A DNA stretch of 64,000 bases from Oscillospiraceae bacterium (GTDB lineage Bacteria; Bacillota; Clostridia; Oscillospirales; CAG-272). This document shows, piece by piece, positions 27,701-38,646 of this stretch. Each line of letters opens with the position of its first letter. Position 1 is the stretch's first letter. The stretch is from the NCBI GenBank assembly GCA_015064745.1, contig SVRR01000001.1, forward strand, positions 23,330 to 87,329. Reading direction: 5' to 3'. The position numbers and the translations under genes were made by a program. The notes beneath the pieces are model-generated. The model was not told the origin of the DNA and searched no databases. It was given only the letters and a program-made list of their open reading frames with translations.

Positions 27701-29116
27701 ATGGACAACAAACTAAAAACGATGGATAAGATCGTAGCCCTGTGCAAGAACCGCGGCTTCATTTTCCCCGGCTCCGAGATTTACGGCGGTCTCGCCAATT
27801 CTTGGGATTACGGTCCTCTTGGCGTTGAATTCAAGAACAACGTCAAGCGCGCATGGTGGAAGAAATTCGTGCAGGAGTCCCGCTACAACGTGGGGCTTGA
27901 CAGCGCTATCATTATGAATCCCCAGGCATGGGTGGCATCCGGTCACGTGGGAGGCTTTTCCGATCCTCTTATGGACTGCAAGGGCTGTCACGCACGTCAC
28001 CGTGCGGACAAGCTAATCGAGGAATATGCCTTTGAGCACGGTACAAACGACAATCCCGCCGGCTGGTCGTTCGAGGAAATGGCTGCCTTTATCGCCGATA
28101 AGGGAATCGTCTGCCCCGATTGCGGCGGTAAGGATTTTACCGACATCAAGAAGTTTAATTTGATGTTTAAGACCTTCATCGGCGTTACCGAGGATTCGAC
28201 CAATACCGTATATCTGCGCCCCGAAACGGCACAGGGTATCTTCGTGAATTTCCCCGCCGTACAGCGCTCCGCCCGTAAAAAGCTCCCCTTCGGTGTATGC
28301 CAGATCGGTAAATCCTTCCGTAACGAGATCACCCCCGGTAACTTCACCTTCCGTACCCGTGAGTTTGAGCAGATGGAGCTTGAATTTTTCTGCAAGCCCG
28401 GCACCGACCTTGAATGGTTTGCTTATTGGAAGGACTATTGCCACAAGTGGCTGCTTGATCTCGGCATGAGAGATGAAAATCTCCGTCTGCGTGACCACGA
28501 TCCCGAGGAGCTTTCCTTCTACTCCAAGGCAACCACCGACTTCGAGTTCCTCTTTCCGTTCGGCTGGGGCGAGCTTTGGGGCATCGCCGACAGAACCGAT
28601 TACGACCTCGGTCAGCACGAGACCCATTCGGGCAAGGATATGAAGTACTTCGACCCCGAAACGAACGAGCATTATACCCCCTACGTCGTTGAGCCCTCCC
28701 TGGGTGCTGACCGCGTAGCGCTTGCCTTCCTCGTGGATGCCTACGACGAGGAGGTGCTGGATGCCGAAAAGAACGACGTCCGTGTCGTCCTTCACCTGCA
28801 TCCCGCGCTTGCTCCCTACAAGGCGGCGATCCTTCCTCTTTCCAAGAAGCTTGGCGATAAGGCAGGCGAGATCTACGACGAGCTTTCGAAGTATTTCCCC
28901 GTGGACTACGACGAGACCGGCTCTATCGGTAAGAGATATCGCCGTGAGGATGAGATCGGTACGCCCTTCTGCATTACCGTGGACTTCGCTACCGTTGGCG
29001 ACGAGAACACCCCTGCGGACAACTGCGTTACCGTGCGCGACCGCGACACCATGGAGCAGGTGCGTATCCCCGTTTCCGAGGTTCGCAAGTATATTGAAGA
29101 TCGCATCGCGTTCTAA
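27701..29116 (+). CDS. glyQS: Glycine--tRNA ligase (dimeric class II, GlyQS type)
   Basis: 471 aa. [24 protein letters not shown] is the characteristic N-terminus. The gene sits only 30 nt after mtaB, so there is no T-box. Confidence 0.95.
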   Translation: MDNKLKTMDKIVALCKNRGFIFPGSEIYGGLANSWDYGPLGVEFKNNVKRAWWKKFVQESRYNVGLDSAIIMNPQAWVASGHVGGFSDPLMDCKGCHARHRADKLIEEYAFEHGTNDNPAGWSFEEMAAFIADKGIVCPDCGGKDFTDIKKFNLMFKTFIGVTEDSTNTVYLRPETAQGIFVNFPAVQRSARKKLPFGVCQIGKSFRNEITPGNFTFRTREFEQMELEFFCKPGTDLEWFAYWKDYCHKWLLDLGMRDENLRLRDHDPEELSFYSKATTDFEFLFPFGWGELWGIADRTDYDLGQHETHSGKDMKYFDPETNEHYTPYVVEPSLGADRVALAFLVDAYDEEVLDAEKNDVRVVLHLHPALAPYKAAILPLSKKLGDKAGEIYDELSKYFPVDYDETGSIGKRYRREDEIGTPFCITVDFATVGDENTPADNCVTVRDRDTMEQVRIPVSEVRKYIEDRIAF

Positions 29117-29143
29117 AATTTTTCCCAAAAGATATTCTTTTTA

Positions 29144-29174
29144 AGAGCAAGCACGCACCGTGCTTGCTCTTTTT
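29144..29174 (+). terminator. Intrinsic terminator after glyQS
   Basis: AGAGCAAGCAC-GCACC-GTGCTTGCTCT followed by TTTT. Confidence 0.75.
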
Positions 29175-29196
29175 CCTCGCTTTTTTGGAAAGAGAC

Positions 29197-29225
29197 TTGA
29201 CATCTTCCTTAAATAATAGTAAAAT
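29197..29225 (+). promoter_or_regulatory. Sigma-A promoter of the ABC exporter pair
   Basis: TTGACA (29197-29202), 17 nt spacer, TAAAAT (29220-29225). Confidence 0.5.
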
Positions 29226-29256
29226 ATTAAAGAAAAATAAAAGATGAGGAGACATT

Positions 29257-30981
29257 ATGCGATATCTGCTCCCCTATATCAAAAAATACAGAAAAGAAGC
29301 GGTCCTAGCCCCTCTTTTTAAAATGCTCGAAGCGTGCTTCGACCTTCTTGTTCCGCTGATCGTTGCGGATATCATTGATAACGGTATCGGGCGCGAGGAT
29401 AACACCTATATCCTTATCCGCTTCGGGTGGCTTGTGGGAATGGCTGTCCTTGGGCTCTCTTGCACCGTGGTCGCGCAATATTTTTCCGCACGCGCCGCCA
29501 TCGGCACTGCAACAGGGCTCAGGCACAGCTTGATAGCGAAAATTCAAACGCTTGGCTTCACGGAGCTTGATACCATCGGCACGTCCACGCTCGTCACGCG
29601 CATGACAAGCGACGTTAACCAAGTGCAAAACGGCGTTAATTTGTTTTTGCGTCTCTTTTTACGTAGCCCCTTTATCGTTTTCGGCTCTATGATCATGGCG
29701 TTTTTGATTGACGCTAAAATCGCCCTCGTTTTTGTTGCCGCTATTGCTATTCTTTTCGTTATCGTGTTTGGCATGATGGCACTCACTAAGCCACGCTATG
29801 GACGCGTACAAAATGCGCTTGACAGTGTGACGGAGGAGGTGCGCGAAAACCTCGGCGGCGTGCGTGTCATTCGCGCCTTTGGCAGGGAAGAATTGCAAGA
29901 GGAAGAGTTTCGCACGGCAAACACCTTGCTTTACCGCGCACAAATGCGTGTCGGGCGCCTTGTCGCACTCTTAAATCCCTTGACCTATCTCGTTGTAAAT
30001 ACGGCGATCATCCTTGTTCTTTGGTTGGGCGCGGGAAAGGTAAACGACGGTACGCTTCTTTCGGGCGATATCATTGCCCTCATCAATTACGTTTCTCAGA
30101 TCCTCGTAGAGCTTGTAAAGCTTGCCAACACCATTGTAGCTTTGGGTAAAGCATTGGCGGGTGTTTCACGTATTGGCGAGGTGTTAGACACCGAAAGCAG
30201 TATTCGATACGGAAATGAGAGCGCCGACGCGGAAAGTGCCGAGGCCGTTCGCTTCGAAAACGTTTCGCTTCGGTATCACGGCGCGGGCGATGCCTCGCTC
30301 TCGAACGTCACGTTCCGTGCGATGCGCGGTGAAACGGTCGGTATTATTGGCGGTACGGGCAGCGGAAAGAGCTCTCTCGTACACTTGATTCCCCGTTTTT
30401 ATGATGCTACGTCGGGCGAGGTCTTTCTTTCGGGAAAACCGATCCGCGCGCTTTCCAAGGAAGCACTCCTTTCTTCGGTAGCTATTGTTGATCAACGTCC
30501 AAGACTGTTTTCGGGCACCGTGCGTGAAAATCTGCTGTGGGGCAAGGGAGACGCCACCGACGAGGAGCTTTGGGAGGCACTTGAAATTGCGCAGGCGGCT
30601 GACTTTATAAGAGAAAAGCCAAAAGGGCTTGACGAGCCTGTCACGGCAGGCGGCAGCAACTTTTCCGGCGGTCAAAGACAACGCTTGACCATAGCACGTG
30701 CCGTCGTTTCTCACGCCGATATTCTTATCCTTGACGACAGCACCTCGGCACTTGATTATGCGACCGATGCGGCGCTTCGCCGCGCCTTGCGGACGCTTCC
30801 TTCTCATATGACCGTCTTTATCGTCAGTCAGCGCACGGGCTCCATTGCTTATGCAGACCGTATCTTGGTGCTTGAAGACGGTGAGCTCGTCGGTGAAGGA
30901 AAGCACGAGTCGCTTCTCGCGACTTCTTCCGTATACCGTGAAATTTACGAGAGCCAATTTAAGGGGGAGACGAAGGCATGA
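29257..30981 (+). CDS. ABC exporter, fused permease/ATPase (heterodimer partner 1)
   Basis: 574 aa with a 6-TM exporter domain, Walker A GGTGSGKSS, the signature FSGGQRQR and Walker B ILILDD. Confidence 0.85.
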   Translation: MRYLLPYIKKYRKEAVLAPLFKMLEACFDLLVPLIVADIIDNGIGREDNTYILIRFGWLVGMAVLGLSCTVVAQYFSARAAIGTATGLRHSLIAKIQTLGFTELDTIGTSTLVTRMTSDVNQVQNGVNLFLRLFLRSPFIVFGSMIMAFLIDAKIALVFVAAIAILFVIVFGMMALTKPRYGRVQNALDSVTEEVRENLGGVRVIRAFGREELQEEEFRTANTLLYRAQMRVGRLVALLNPLTYLVVNTAIILVLWLGAGKVNDGTLLSGDIIALINYVSQILVELVKLANTIVALGKALAGVSRIGEVLDTESSIRYGNESADAESAEAVRFENVSLRYHGAGDASLSNVTFRAMRGETVGIIGGTGSGKSSLVHLIPRFYDATSGEVFLSGKPIRALSKEALLSSVAIVDQRPRLFSGTVRENLLWGKGDATDEELWEALEIAQAADFIREKPKGLDEPVTAGGSNFSGGQRQRLTIARAVVSHADILILDDSTSALDYATDAALRRALRTLPSHMTVFIVSQRTGSIAYADRILVLEDGELVGEGKHESLLATSSVYREIYESQFKGETKA

Positions 30982-32711
30982 AAAAGAAAACACTTCGCCG
31001 AATTCTTTCCTTTACTAAGCCGTACCGTGGCTTCGTGCTTTGCAATTTGCTCACCGCCGCCGTTACGGTTGCGGCAGGACTTCTTATTCCCATTTTTTGC
31101 GGTAACGCCATTGACGCTATGATTGGCGCGGGCAAGGTGGAGCTATCCCTCGTGACGCAAGCGGTCGTGCTCGTTGCCTTGGTTACGGTCGTAAGCGCCG
31201 TCGCCCAGAAGCTGATGGCACTCTCGGGCAACCGCATCACGTATTCCGTTTGCCGTGACCTGCGTAATAAGGTCAGCGCTAAAATGCACAAGCTTCCCGT
31301 TTCCTATGCGGATACCCATTCGGTAGGGGATACCGTCAGTCGTACCGTTACGGACGTAGACACCTTTGCCGACGGATTGCTGATGGGCTTTACCCAGCTT
31401 TTCAGCGCTCTTCTAACCATTGGCGCCGTGCTGGGAGTCATGCTTTATTTAAATCCCGTAATTGCCCTTGCCGTGGTCGTTTTGACCCCTCTTTCCATTT
31501 TGGTTGCTCGCTTTATCGCTACTCGTACCCATCGCCATTTTCTTGCCCAAGCAACGGTGCGCGGGGAAGAGACGGGGCTTGCCAATGAGCTTATTGAAGG
31601 CGCGCGTGTGGTCAAGGCGTTCGGGCACGAGGACGAAAGTCTCGCTGCCTTCGATGAGGTCAACGGAAGGCTGGAATCCGCTTCTATGAAGGCGACCTTC
31701 TTTTCCAGCCTCGTCAATCCCTCTACCCGCGTTGTCAACAATCTCGTTTACGCCGTCGTGGCGCTCATTTGCGCGCTTTATGCGGGCACGGGTGCGATCA
31801 CCATCGGTGCGCTCAGCATTTTTTTGAGCTACGCTTCCCAGTACGCCAAGCCCTTTAATGAAATCAGCAGCGTGATTACGGAATTGCAAAATGCAGTCAG
31901 CTGTGCGACACGCGTTTTTGAATTTTTGGATGCCGAGGAAGAAGTGCCTGACCCGACGGCGCCCTCGTCACCTGAGGAAAGAGGTGCTGTTGCGCTTAAA
32001 AACGTTTCCTTCCGTTATACCCCCGACCGCCCCCTGATAGAGGGCTTGTGCCTCGAAGTTTCCCAAGGACAGCGCGTTGCTATCGTAGGTCCTACGGGTT
32101 GCGGAAAGACCACTCTTATCAATCTCTTGATGCGCTTTTACGACGTGACGGGCGGAGAGATCTCGGTCGACGGCGCGGATATCCGTAAAATGACACGCAA
32201 GGAGCTTCGTTCCCGCTACGGCATGGTGCTTCAAGACACGTGGTTAAAGGCCGGTACCGTGCGCGACAATATTGCCTATGGCAGACCCGACGCCACGGAA
32301 GAGGAAATCGTTGCCGCCACAAAGCAGGCGCACGCGCACTCCTTTATCCGCAGACTGCCTCAAGGCTATGATACGAAAATCGTCGAAAACGGAAGTAATT
32401 TTTCGGCAGGACAAAGACAGCTTCTGTGTATTGCCCGTGCGATGCTGGCGCTTCCTCCTATCTTGATCCTTGATGAGGCGACCTCGTCCATCGATACCAG
32501 AACCGAGCTTAAAATTCAAGACGCCTTTGCTACCATGATGAAGGGGCGCACCTCCTTTATCGTCGCGCATCGCCTTTCCACCATCAAGGAGGCGGACGTC
32601 ATTCTCGTGATGAAGGACGGCAAGGTCATAGAGCAGGGAACACACGAGACGCTTTTGCGTGCGAACGGTTTTTACGCAACGCTCTATAACAGCCAGTTTG
32701 CCGTGATTTAA
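30978..32711 (+). CDS. ABC exporter, fused permease/ATPase (heterodimer partner 2)
   Basis: 577 aa with Walker A GPTGCGKTT, the signature FSAGQRQL and Walker B ILILDEATS. Its start overlaps the upstream stop (ATGA). Confidence 0.85.
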   Translation: MKKKTLRRILSFTKPYRGFVLCNLLTAAVTVAAGLLIPIFCGNAIDAMIGAGKVELSLVTQAVVLVALVTVVSAVAQKLMALSGNRITYSVCRDLRNKVSAKMHKLPVSYADTHSVGDTVSRTVTDVDTFADGLLMGFTQLFSALLTIGAVLGVMLYLNPVIALAVVVLTPLSILVARFIATRTHRHFLAQATVRGEETGLANELIEGARVVKAFGHEDESLAAFDEVNGRLESASMKATFFSSLVNPSTRVVNNLVYAVVALICALYAGTGAITIGALSIFLSYASQYAKPFNEISSVITELQNAVSCATRVFEFLDAEEEVPDPTAPSSPEERGAVALKNVSFRYTPDRPLIEGLCLEVSQGQRVAIVGPTGCGKTTLINLLMRFYDVTGGEISVDGADIRKMTRKELRSRYGMVLQDTWLKAGTVRDNIAYGRPDATEEEIVAATKQAHAHSFIRRLPQGYDTKIVENGSNFSAGQRQLLCIARAMLALPPILILDEATSSIDTRTELKIQDAFATMMKGRTSFIVAHRLSTIKEADVILVMKDGKVIEQGTHETLLRANGFYATLYNSQFAVI

Positions 32712-32756
32712 ACTGCCTTTTTTCGTAGATTTTTCGATGTTTTTTGACACTTTCTA

Positions 32757-32801
32757 TTGACTTTATCTTATGAAATTGATAAAATAATAATATTATTATT
32801 T
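32757..32801 (+). promoter_or_regulatory. Promoter with an overlapping 20-bp perfect palindrome (candidate operator)
   Basis: TTGACT (32757-32762), 17 nt spacer, TAAAAT (32780-32785). The palindrome AAATAATAAT|ATTATTATTT at 32782-32801 covers the -10 and the expected start site. Confidence 0.45.
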
Positions 32802-32851
32802 GCGTTCCCTCCGTCCGTGTGCGGAAGGCAATATCCGAAAGGAATTTTGTT

Positions 32852-34489
32852 ATGCCAATTACCGAGCTTCTTGAAAGAAATTCGTCGCTCTATCCCGACG
32901 ACGTTGCACTTGTGGAGATCAATCCCGGTGTTGACGATCACAAGGGACATACGTGGCGTGAGTTTGCTCTGATCCAGTCCACAGGTAACAGCTACCGCCG
33001 TGAGATGACCTGGCGCGAGTTCGATATCAAAGCCAATCGCTTTGCCAATCTTTTGCTTTCTCGCGGTGTTACGCGCGGCATGAAGGTCTCTATCCTTCTG
33101 ATGAATGGCATCGAGTGGCTTCCCATCTATTTCGGTATTTTGAAGGCGGGCGCTATCGCTGTGCCTCTCAATTATCGCTATACAGCGGAGGAGATCCGTT
33201 ATTGCCTTGAAAAATCCGATTCCGAAATTCTCGTGTTCGGTCCTGAGTTCGTGGGTCGTGTGGAGGAGATCGTTTCCCGTACGCCCAAAATTAAGATGTG
33301 GATCTACGATGGGCGCGATTGTCCCTACTTTGCGGAAAGCTATGAAAAAATTTCCGCGCCTATGGCGGGGATCAAGCCCGATGTTATGCTTTCTGAGGAG
33401 GATGATGCCGCAATCTATTTTTCCAGCGGCACGACAGGCTTCCCCAAGGCGATTTTACACGCGCACGCCAGCCTTACCCATTCGGCAAAGGTGGAGCAAG
33501 CGCACCATGGTCAAACCAAGAACGACGTTTTCCTTTGCATTCCGCCGCTTTATCACACGGGCGCAAAGATGCATTGGTTCGGCAGCCTCTCTTCCGGCGG
33601 ACGCGCGGTTCTCCTAAAGGGTACGTCTCCCGAGCTTATCATGCAGACCGCGTCGGATGAGAAGTGCTCTATTGTATGGCTTCTCGTGCCGTGGGCGCAG
33701 GATATCCTTGATGCCATTGACCGCGGTGATATTAAGCTCGACGAGCTTGACCTTTCAGCGTGGAGACTGATGCACATTGGCGCGCAGCCGGTGCCCCCCA
33801 GCCTAATCAAGCGTTGGAAAAAGATTTTCCCCATGCACGACTACGATACAAACTACGGACTCAGTGAGTCCATCGGTCCCGGATGCGTGCATCTCGGTGT
33901 TGAGAATGTCGACCACGTGGGCGCCATCGGTAAGGCAGGCTACGGTTGGCAGTTGAAGATCGTCGACGAAAACAAGCAAGAGGTCAAGCGCGGGGAGGTC
34001 GGTGAGCTTGCCGTTTTCGGCCCCGGTGTCATGAAGTGCTACTATAAGGACGAGGCAGCCACAAAAGAGGTGCTTGCCGACGGATGGCTTTATACGGGCG
34101 ATATGGCAGAGGAGGACGAGGAAGGCTTTATCTGGCTCGTAGACCGCAAAAAGGACGTTATCATTACGGGCGGTGAAAACCTTTATCCCGTGCAGATCGA
34201 AAACTTCTTGCGCAAGAACGATAAAATCAAGGACGCCGCCGTTATCGGGCTTCCCGACAGCCGTCTCGGTGAGATCGCCGCCGCCATCATTGAGTTGAAG
34301 GAGGGCGAGACGATGACCGAGGAGGAGGTAAACCTTTTCTGTGCGGAGCTTCCGCGCTATAAGCGTCCTCGCAAAATTATTTTTGCGGATATTCCGAGAA
34401 ATCCCACGGGTAAGATCGAAAAGCCCGTCCTTCGCCGTCGCTACGGTGCAGGAAACCTCATTGCCGAGGAAAACGAAATCAAACGATAA
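32852..34489 (+). CDS. AMP-forming acyl-CoA synthetase (fatty-acid/aromatic-acid--CoA ligase family)
   Basis: ATG 32852, about 545 aa. It has the AMP-binding motif YFSSGTTGFPKA and a C-terminal GKIEKPVLRRRY. Confidence 0.8.
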   Translation: MPITELLERNSSLYPDDVALVEINPGVDDHKGHTWREFALIQSTGNSYRREMTWREFDIKANRFANLLLSRGVTRGMKVSILLMNGIEWLPIYFGILKAGAIAVPLNYRYTAEEIRYCLEKSDSEILVFGPEFVGRVEEIVSRTPKIKMWIYDGRDCPYFAESYEKISAPMAGIKPDVMLSEEDDAAIYFSSGTTGFPKAILHAHASLTHSAKVEQAHHGQTKNDVFLCIPPLYHTGAKMHWFGSLSSGGRAVLLKGTSPELIMQTASDEKCSIVWLLVPWAQDILDAIDRGDIKLDELDLSAWRLMHIGAQPVPPSLIKRWKKIFPMHDYDTNYGLSESIGPGCVHLGVENVDHVGAIGKAGYGWQLKIVDENKQEVKRGEVGELAVFGPGVMKCYYKDEAATKEVLADGWLYTGDMAEEDEEGFIWLVDRKKDVIITGGENLYPVQIENFLRKNDKIKDAAVIGLPDSRLGEIAAAIIELKEGETMTEEEVNLFCAELPRYKRPRKIIFADIPRNPTGKIEKPVLRRRYGAGNLIAEENEIKR

Positions 34490-34508
34490 CGAAAGGGAAC
34501 GTACATAC

Positions 34509-36242
34509 ATGAAGAAGCTGTTGCTTGGAAATGCCGCAGTTGCCCGCGGCGCGTACGAGGCTGGTGTCAAGGTGGTGTCCTCTTATCCCGGAACACCCAG
34601 CACCGAGATTACCGAAAACATGGTGCAGTATGAAAATCTGCACGTAGAATGGGCACCCAATGAAAAGGTCGCGGCGGAGGTTGCCATCGGTGCTTCCATT
34701 CGCGGCGCACGCGCGATGTCCTGCATGAAGCACGTAGGTCTTAATGTGATGGCTGACCCCATCTTCACCGTCAGCTATATCGGCGCAACGGGCGGTCTCG
34801 TTTTTTGCGTCGCTGACGACCCCGGAATGCACTCCTCTCAAAACGAGCAGGATTCCCGTCATTATGCGAAAGCGGCAAAGATTCCTATGCTTGAACCCTC
34901 GGATTCGGCGGAATGCAAGGAGTTTACCAAGATGGCGTTTGCCATCAGCGAAGAGTACGATACGCCCGTCTTTATCCGCCTTTCGACCCGTGTCTCGCAC
35001 TCGCAGTCGCTCGTTGAGCTTTGTGAGCCCGAAGAGGTCTCCTTGAAGCCCTACGAGAAGAACATTCCCAAGCACGTTATGATGCCCGCAATGGCAAAGG
35101 GCAGACACGTCGTTGTCGAGGAGAGAACGAAGAAGCTTTTGGCGCTTGCGGAGACCGACACCTTTAACAAGATTGAAAACAACGGAAGCCGCATCGGTGT
35201 TATCACCTCGGGCGTTTCCTACGAGTATGCCAAGGAGGCTCTCGGTGATTCCGTGAATTACCTCAAGCTCGGTATGGTCTATCCGCTTCCCGAAAAGCTC
35301 ATTCTTGACTTCGCAAAGAACGTCGACACCCTTTGGTGCATTGAGGAGCTTGACCCCGTGTTCGAGGAGCATATCCGCGCGCTCGGCGTTGCCGTTAAGG
35401 GCAAGGAATATTTCACCCTGCTCGGTGAATACTCGCAGAATATGATCCGCGAGGCTGTTGCGGGTGTTAAATTACCCTCTATCGCTCCTGCGGATATTCC
35501 CGCGCGTCCTCCCGTAATGTGTGCGGGCTGTCCTCACAGAGGTACCTTCTACGTTCTCAAAAAGCTTGGAGTTACCGTATCGGGTGATATCGGTTGCTAC
35601 ACCCTCGGTGCGGTTGCCCCCTTGCAGGCGGTAGATACCACCATTTGTATGGGTGCCTCCGTCAGCGCCGCACACGGCATGAGCTGTGCAGGTGGGGAAG
35701 AAACCAACAAAAAGCTCGTTTCCGTCATCGGTGACTCTACCTTTATCCATTCGGGTATTACGGGTCTTATCGATATCGTATATAACAAGGGAAACAACAC
35801 CGTCATTATCCTTGATAACTCCATCACGGGTATGACGGGACATCAGGATAACCCCACCACGGGCAAGACCATTCGCGGAGAAGCGACTAAGCAGGTCAAC
35901 CTTCTTGCGCTTTGCCGTGCCGTCGGTGTCGAGCGTGTCCGCGTGGAGGATCCCTTTGACCTTGTCGGCTTTGAAAAGGCGGTCAAGGAGGAGCTTGCCG
36001 CAGACGAGCCCTCGGTTATTATCGCTCAGCGCCCCTGTGCGCTTCTTAAAGGCGTGAAATATTCCGGCTATTGTGCCGTGGATAGCGATGCTTGCCGCGG
36101 TTGCAAAATGTGCATGAAGCTCGGTTGCCCTGCTATATCCTTTAAGGACGGCAAGGCAGTCATTGATAGAAATCAGTGTAACGGATGCTCCCTTTGTACC
36201 TCGGTTTGTCACTTTGGCGCCATTCGTAAGGAGGAGAAGTAA
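34509..36242 (+). CDS. iorA: Indolepyruvate:ferredoxin oxidoreductase alpha subunit
   Basis: ATG 34509 (MKKLLLGNAAVARGAYEAGVKVVSSYPGTPSTEI...). It has a TPP-binding region and a C-terminal 2x[4Fe-4S] motif CRGCKMCMKLGCP...CNGCSLCTSVC. Confidence 0.85.
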   Translation: MKKLLLGNAAVARGAYEAGVKVVSSYPGTPSTEITENMVQYENLHVEWAPNEKVAAEVAIGASIRGARAMSCMKHVGLNVMADPIFTVSYIGATGGLVFCVADDPGMHSSQNEQDSRHYAKAAKIPMLEPSDSAECKEFTKMAFAISEEYDTPVFIRLSTRVSHSQSLVELCEPEEVSLKPYEKNIPKHVMMPAMAKGRHVVVEERTKKLLALAETDTFNKIENNGSRIGVITSGVSYEYAKEALGDSVNYLKLGMVYPLPEKLILDFAKNVDTLWCIEELDPVFEEHIRALGVAVKGKEYFTLLGEYSQNMIREAVAGVKLPSIAPADIPARPPVMCAGCPHRGTFYVLKKLGVTVSGDIGCYTLGAVAPLQAVDTTICMGASVSAAHGMSCAGGEETNKKLVSVIGDSTFIHSGITGLIDIVYNKGNNTVIILDNSITGMTGHQDNPTTGKTIRGEATKQVNLLALCRAVGVERVRVEDPFDLVGFEKAVKEELAADEPSVIIAQRPCALLKGVKYSGYCAVDSDACRGCKMCMKLGCPAISFKDGKAVIDRNQCNGCSLCTSVCHFGAIRKEEK

Positions 36243-36243
36243 G

Positions 36244-36810
36244 ATGCAGAAGAATATTATGATCGTCGGTGTCGGCGGACAGGGAACTCTGCTTGCCAGC
36301 CGTATTCTCGGCAATCTGCTCACGTCCCGCGGATATGACGTTAAGGTCTCCGAGGTGCACGGTATGAGCCAGCGCGGCGGAAGCGTCGTCACCTACGTAA
36401 AGTACGGCGACAAGATCTATTCTCCCATCATTGATAAGGGAGAGGCGGATATTATTCTCGCTTTTGAGCGTCTTGAAGCGCTCCGTGCACTTCCTTACCT
36501 CAAGGAGGGCGGTGTAATGATCGTAAACGACCGTGCGGTCGATCCCATGCCCGTGATCACGGGTGCGGCAGTTTATCCCGAAGGGATCCTTGAAGAGCTT
36601 GCAAAGCACGCAAAGCTCACCGCTCTTGATGCCTTGGCTCTTGCCGAGGGTGTGGGAAGCGGAAAGGCGGTCAACGTGGTGCTTATCGGCGTGCTTGCCA
36701 AGAATACCGATATCCCCAAGGAGGAATGGGAGAAGACCATCCGCGAGACGGTGCCGCCCAAATTCCTTGAGATCAACCTCGCTGCTTTCGAGAAGGGCTA
36801 CGCCCAGTAA
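36244..36810 (+). CDS. iorB: Indolepyruvate oxidoreductase beta subunit
   Basis: ATG 36244 (MQKNIMIVGVGGQGTLLASRILG...), 188 aa, immediately after iorA. Confidence 0.8.
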   Translation: MQKNIMIVGVGGQGTLLASRILGNLLTSRGYDVKVSEVHGMSQRGGSVVTYVKYGDKIYSPIIDKGEADIILAFERLEALRALPYLKEGGVMIVNDRAVDPMPVITGAAVYPEGILEELAKHAKLTALDALALAEGVGSGKAVNVVLIGVLAKNTDIPKEEWEKTIRETVPPKFLEINLAAFEKGYAQ

Positions 36811-36835
36811 ACCTAAAACACGGAGATAAATTCCA

Positions 36836-38143
36836 ATGGCTATGTTGCAAGAAAGGGAAGAAACGCTTTCCCGAGAAGAACTTGAAAAATTACAAAGCGA
36901 ACGCCTTGTTTGGCAGGTAAAACGCATGTACGAGCGCGTAGAGTGCTTTCGTAACCGTATGGATGAAGCAGGCTTGACGCCTGACGATATCCACGGCATC
37001 GAAGATCTTTCAAAGCTCCCCTTCTCCTATAAGAAGGACTTGCGTGATTACTACCCTTATGGGCTGTTTGCGGAGCCACTCAAAAACATTCGCCGCATCC
37101 ACGCATCCAGCGGTACAACCGGAAAGCGTATCGTTGTCGGCTATACCGAAAACGATCTTAAAATGTGGTCGGATTGCTTTGCGCGAATGCTTGCCGCTAT
37201 TGGTGTGACGGACGAGGATATCGTGCAGGTTTCCTACGGTTACGGTCTCTTTACGGGCGGTCTCGGCGCGCACGACGGTGCCTCGCGCATCGGTGCCACG
37301 GTCGTTCCGATGTCATCGGGCAACACTCCCCTTCAAATTCAGAATTTGATCGACTTCGGTGCGACGGTCATTTGTTGCACGCCCTCCTACGCTCTTTATA
37401 TCGGTGAGGAGATCGAGCGCGCGGGTCTTAAAGATCAGCTGAAGCTTAAGGCGGGCATCTTCGGTGCCGAGCCTTGGACGGAGGAAATGCGCCATACCAT
37501 TGAAGAGAAGCTCGGTATTAAGGCATACGATATCTACGGCCTTTCCGAAATTTTAGGTCCGGGTGTCGGCTGTGAATGCGAATGCCAAGCGGGTATGCAC
37601 GTTTGGGAGGATCACTTTATTCCGGAGATTATTGATCCCGATACCTGTAAGGTGCTTCCGAAGGGTGCGACGGGTGAGCTTGTTTTCACCACCATCACGA
37701 AGGAAGGCTTTCCTGTTATCCGTTACCGCACACGCGACATTTGCTCGCTGGATTATACTCCCTGCAAGTGTGGCAGAACGCACGTACGCATGAAGAAGCC
37801 GACGGGCAGAAGCGACGATATGCTTATTATCCGCGGTGTTAACGTGTTCCCCTCGCAAATTGAGGAGGTGCTCCTCTCTATCGGCGGCGGTGAGATAACG
37901 CCCAATTACTTTATTACGGTCGACCGCGTGGATAACAACGACACCTTTGACCTTGATGTCGAGATGAGCGAGGCGCTCTTCTCGGATGACGTTAAATCTA
38001 TTGCAACGATTGAGAAGCAAATAGCAGAGAAGCTTCGCTCCGCGCTCGGGCTTGGCGTGAGAGTACACCTTGTCAATCCCAAGACCATCGCGCGTAGCGA
38101 GGGAAAAGCAAAGCGCGTGCTTGATAAGCGTAAGCTTTCTTAA
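36836..38143 (+). CDS. paaK: Phenylacetate--CoA ligase family protein
   Basis: 435 aa. [17 protein letters not shown]...[17 protein letters not shown] fits the PaaK pattern. Confidence 0.85.
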   Translation: MAMLQEREETLSREELEKLQSERLVWQVKRMYERVECFRNRMDEAGLTPDDIHGIEDLSKLPFSYKKDLRDYYPYGLFAEPLKNIRRIHASSGTTGKRIVVGYTENDLKMWSDCFARMLAAIGVTDEDIVQVSYGYGLFTGGLGAHDGASRIGATVVPMSSGNTPLQIQNLIDFGATVICCTPSYALYIGEEIERAGLKDQLKLKAGIFGAEPWTEEMRHTIEEKLGIKAYDIYGLSEILGPGVGCECECQAGMHVWEDHFIPEIIDPDTCKVLPKGATGELVFTTITKEGFPVIRYRTRDICSLDYTPCKCGRTHVRMKKPTGRSDDMLIIRGVNVFPSQIEEVLLSIGGGEITPNYFITVDRVDNNDTFDLDVEMSEALFSDDVKSIATIEKQIAEKLRSALGLGVRVHLVNPKTIARSEGKAKRVLDKRKLS

Positions 38144-38171
38144 ACGCAAGCCAGTCGAAAGGAGAGAAACC

Positions 38172-38603
38172 ATGATTGTTAATCAGCTTTCCGCATTCAT
38201 AGAAAACAAAGCGGGGCGTCTTGCCGAGATCGCGGAGACGCTCGCAGAAAACAATATTGATTTGAGCGCGGTGTCTCTTGCCGATTCCGCCGATTACGGT
38301 GTCATTCGTATGCTCGTCAACGACCCTGAGCGTGCCGCGCGTGTTTTGAAGGAGTCGGGTGTCATCTGCAAGATCACTAAGGTGCTCGCGGTTGCCATGG
38401 AGGATGCACCGGGCGGATTTGCGCGCGTTTTGCACCTGCTCAAAAACCAAAGCCACGAGATCAAGTATATGTACGCTTGTATCAGCCGCCACGAGGGCAA
38501 GGCGCTTATGGTTTTTAGCGTCGAGGACGTAGAAGCAGCGGAAGCGCTGATTAAAGGCACCTCGGCAGGCGACGTTCACCCCGCGGATATTTACAGAATT
38601 TAA
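38172..38603 (+). CDS. ACT domain-containing protein
   Basis: ATG 38172, 143 aa with a tandem ACT-like layout (MIVNQLSAFIENKAGRLAEIAETLAENNIDL...). It is the usual last gene of iorAB-paaK clusters. Confidence 0.7.
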   Translation: MIVNQLSAFIENKAGRLAEIAETLAENNIDLSAVSLADSADYGVIRMLVNDPERAARVLKESGVICKITKVLAVAMEDAPGGFARVLHLLKNQSHEIKYMYACISRHEGKALMVFSVEDVEAAEALIKGTSAGDVHPADIYRI

Positions 38604-38613
38604 ACCCAAACAA

Positions 38614-38646
38614 AAAAGGCTTTTCGCAATTGCGAAAAGCCTTTTT
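38614..38646 (+). repeat. Direct repeat copy 1: 33-nt palindromic terminator hairpin
   Basis: AAAAGGCTTTTCGCAATTGCGAAAAGCCTTTTT is identical to 40038-40070. The stem GGCTTTTCGC / GCGAAAAGCC has an AATT loop and is flanked by an A-run and a T-run. It lies 10 nt after the ACT gene stop. Confidence 0.9.

Noticed and set aside
28013-29128. 371-aa minus-strand ORF
   Set aside because: It is antisense to glyQS with no motifs and atypical composition. This is a shadow ORF. The same reasoning applies to 4099-5148, 34479-35372, 35472-36392, 36160-36999, 33803-34570, 50811-51707 and 7192-7866.
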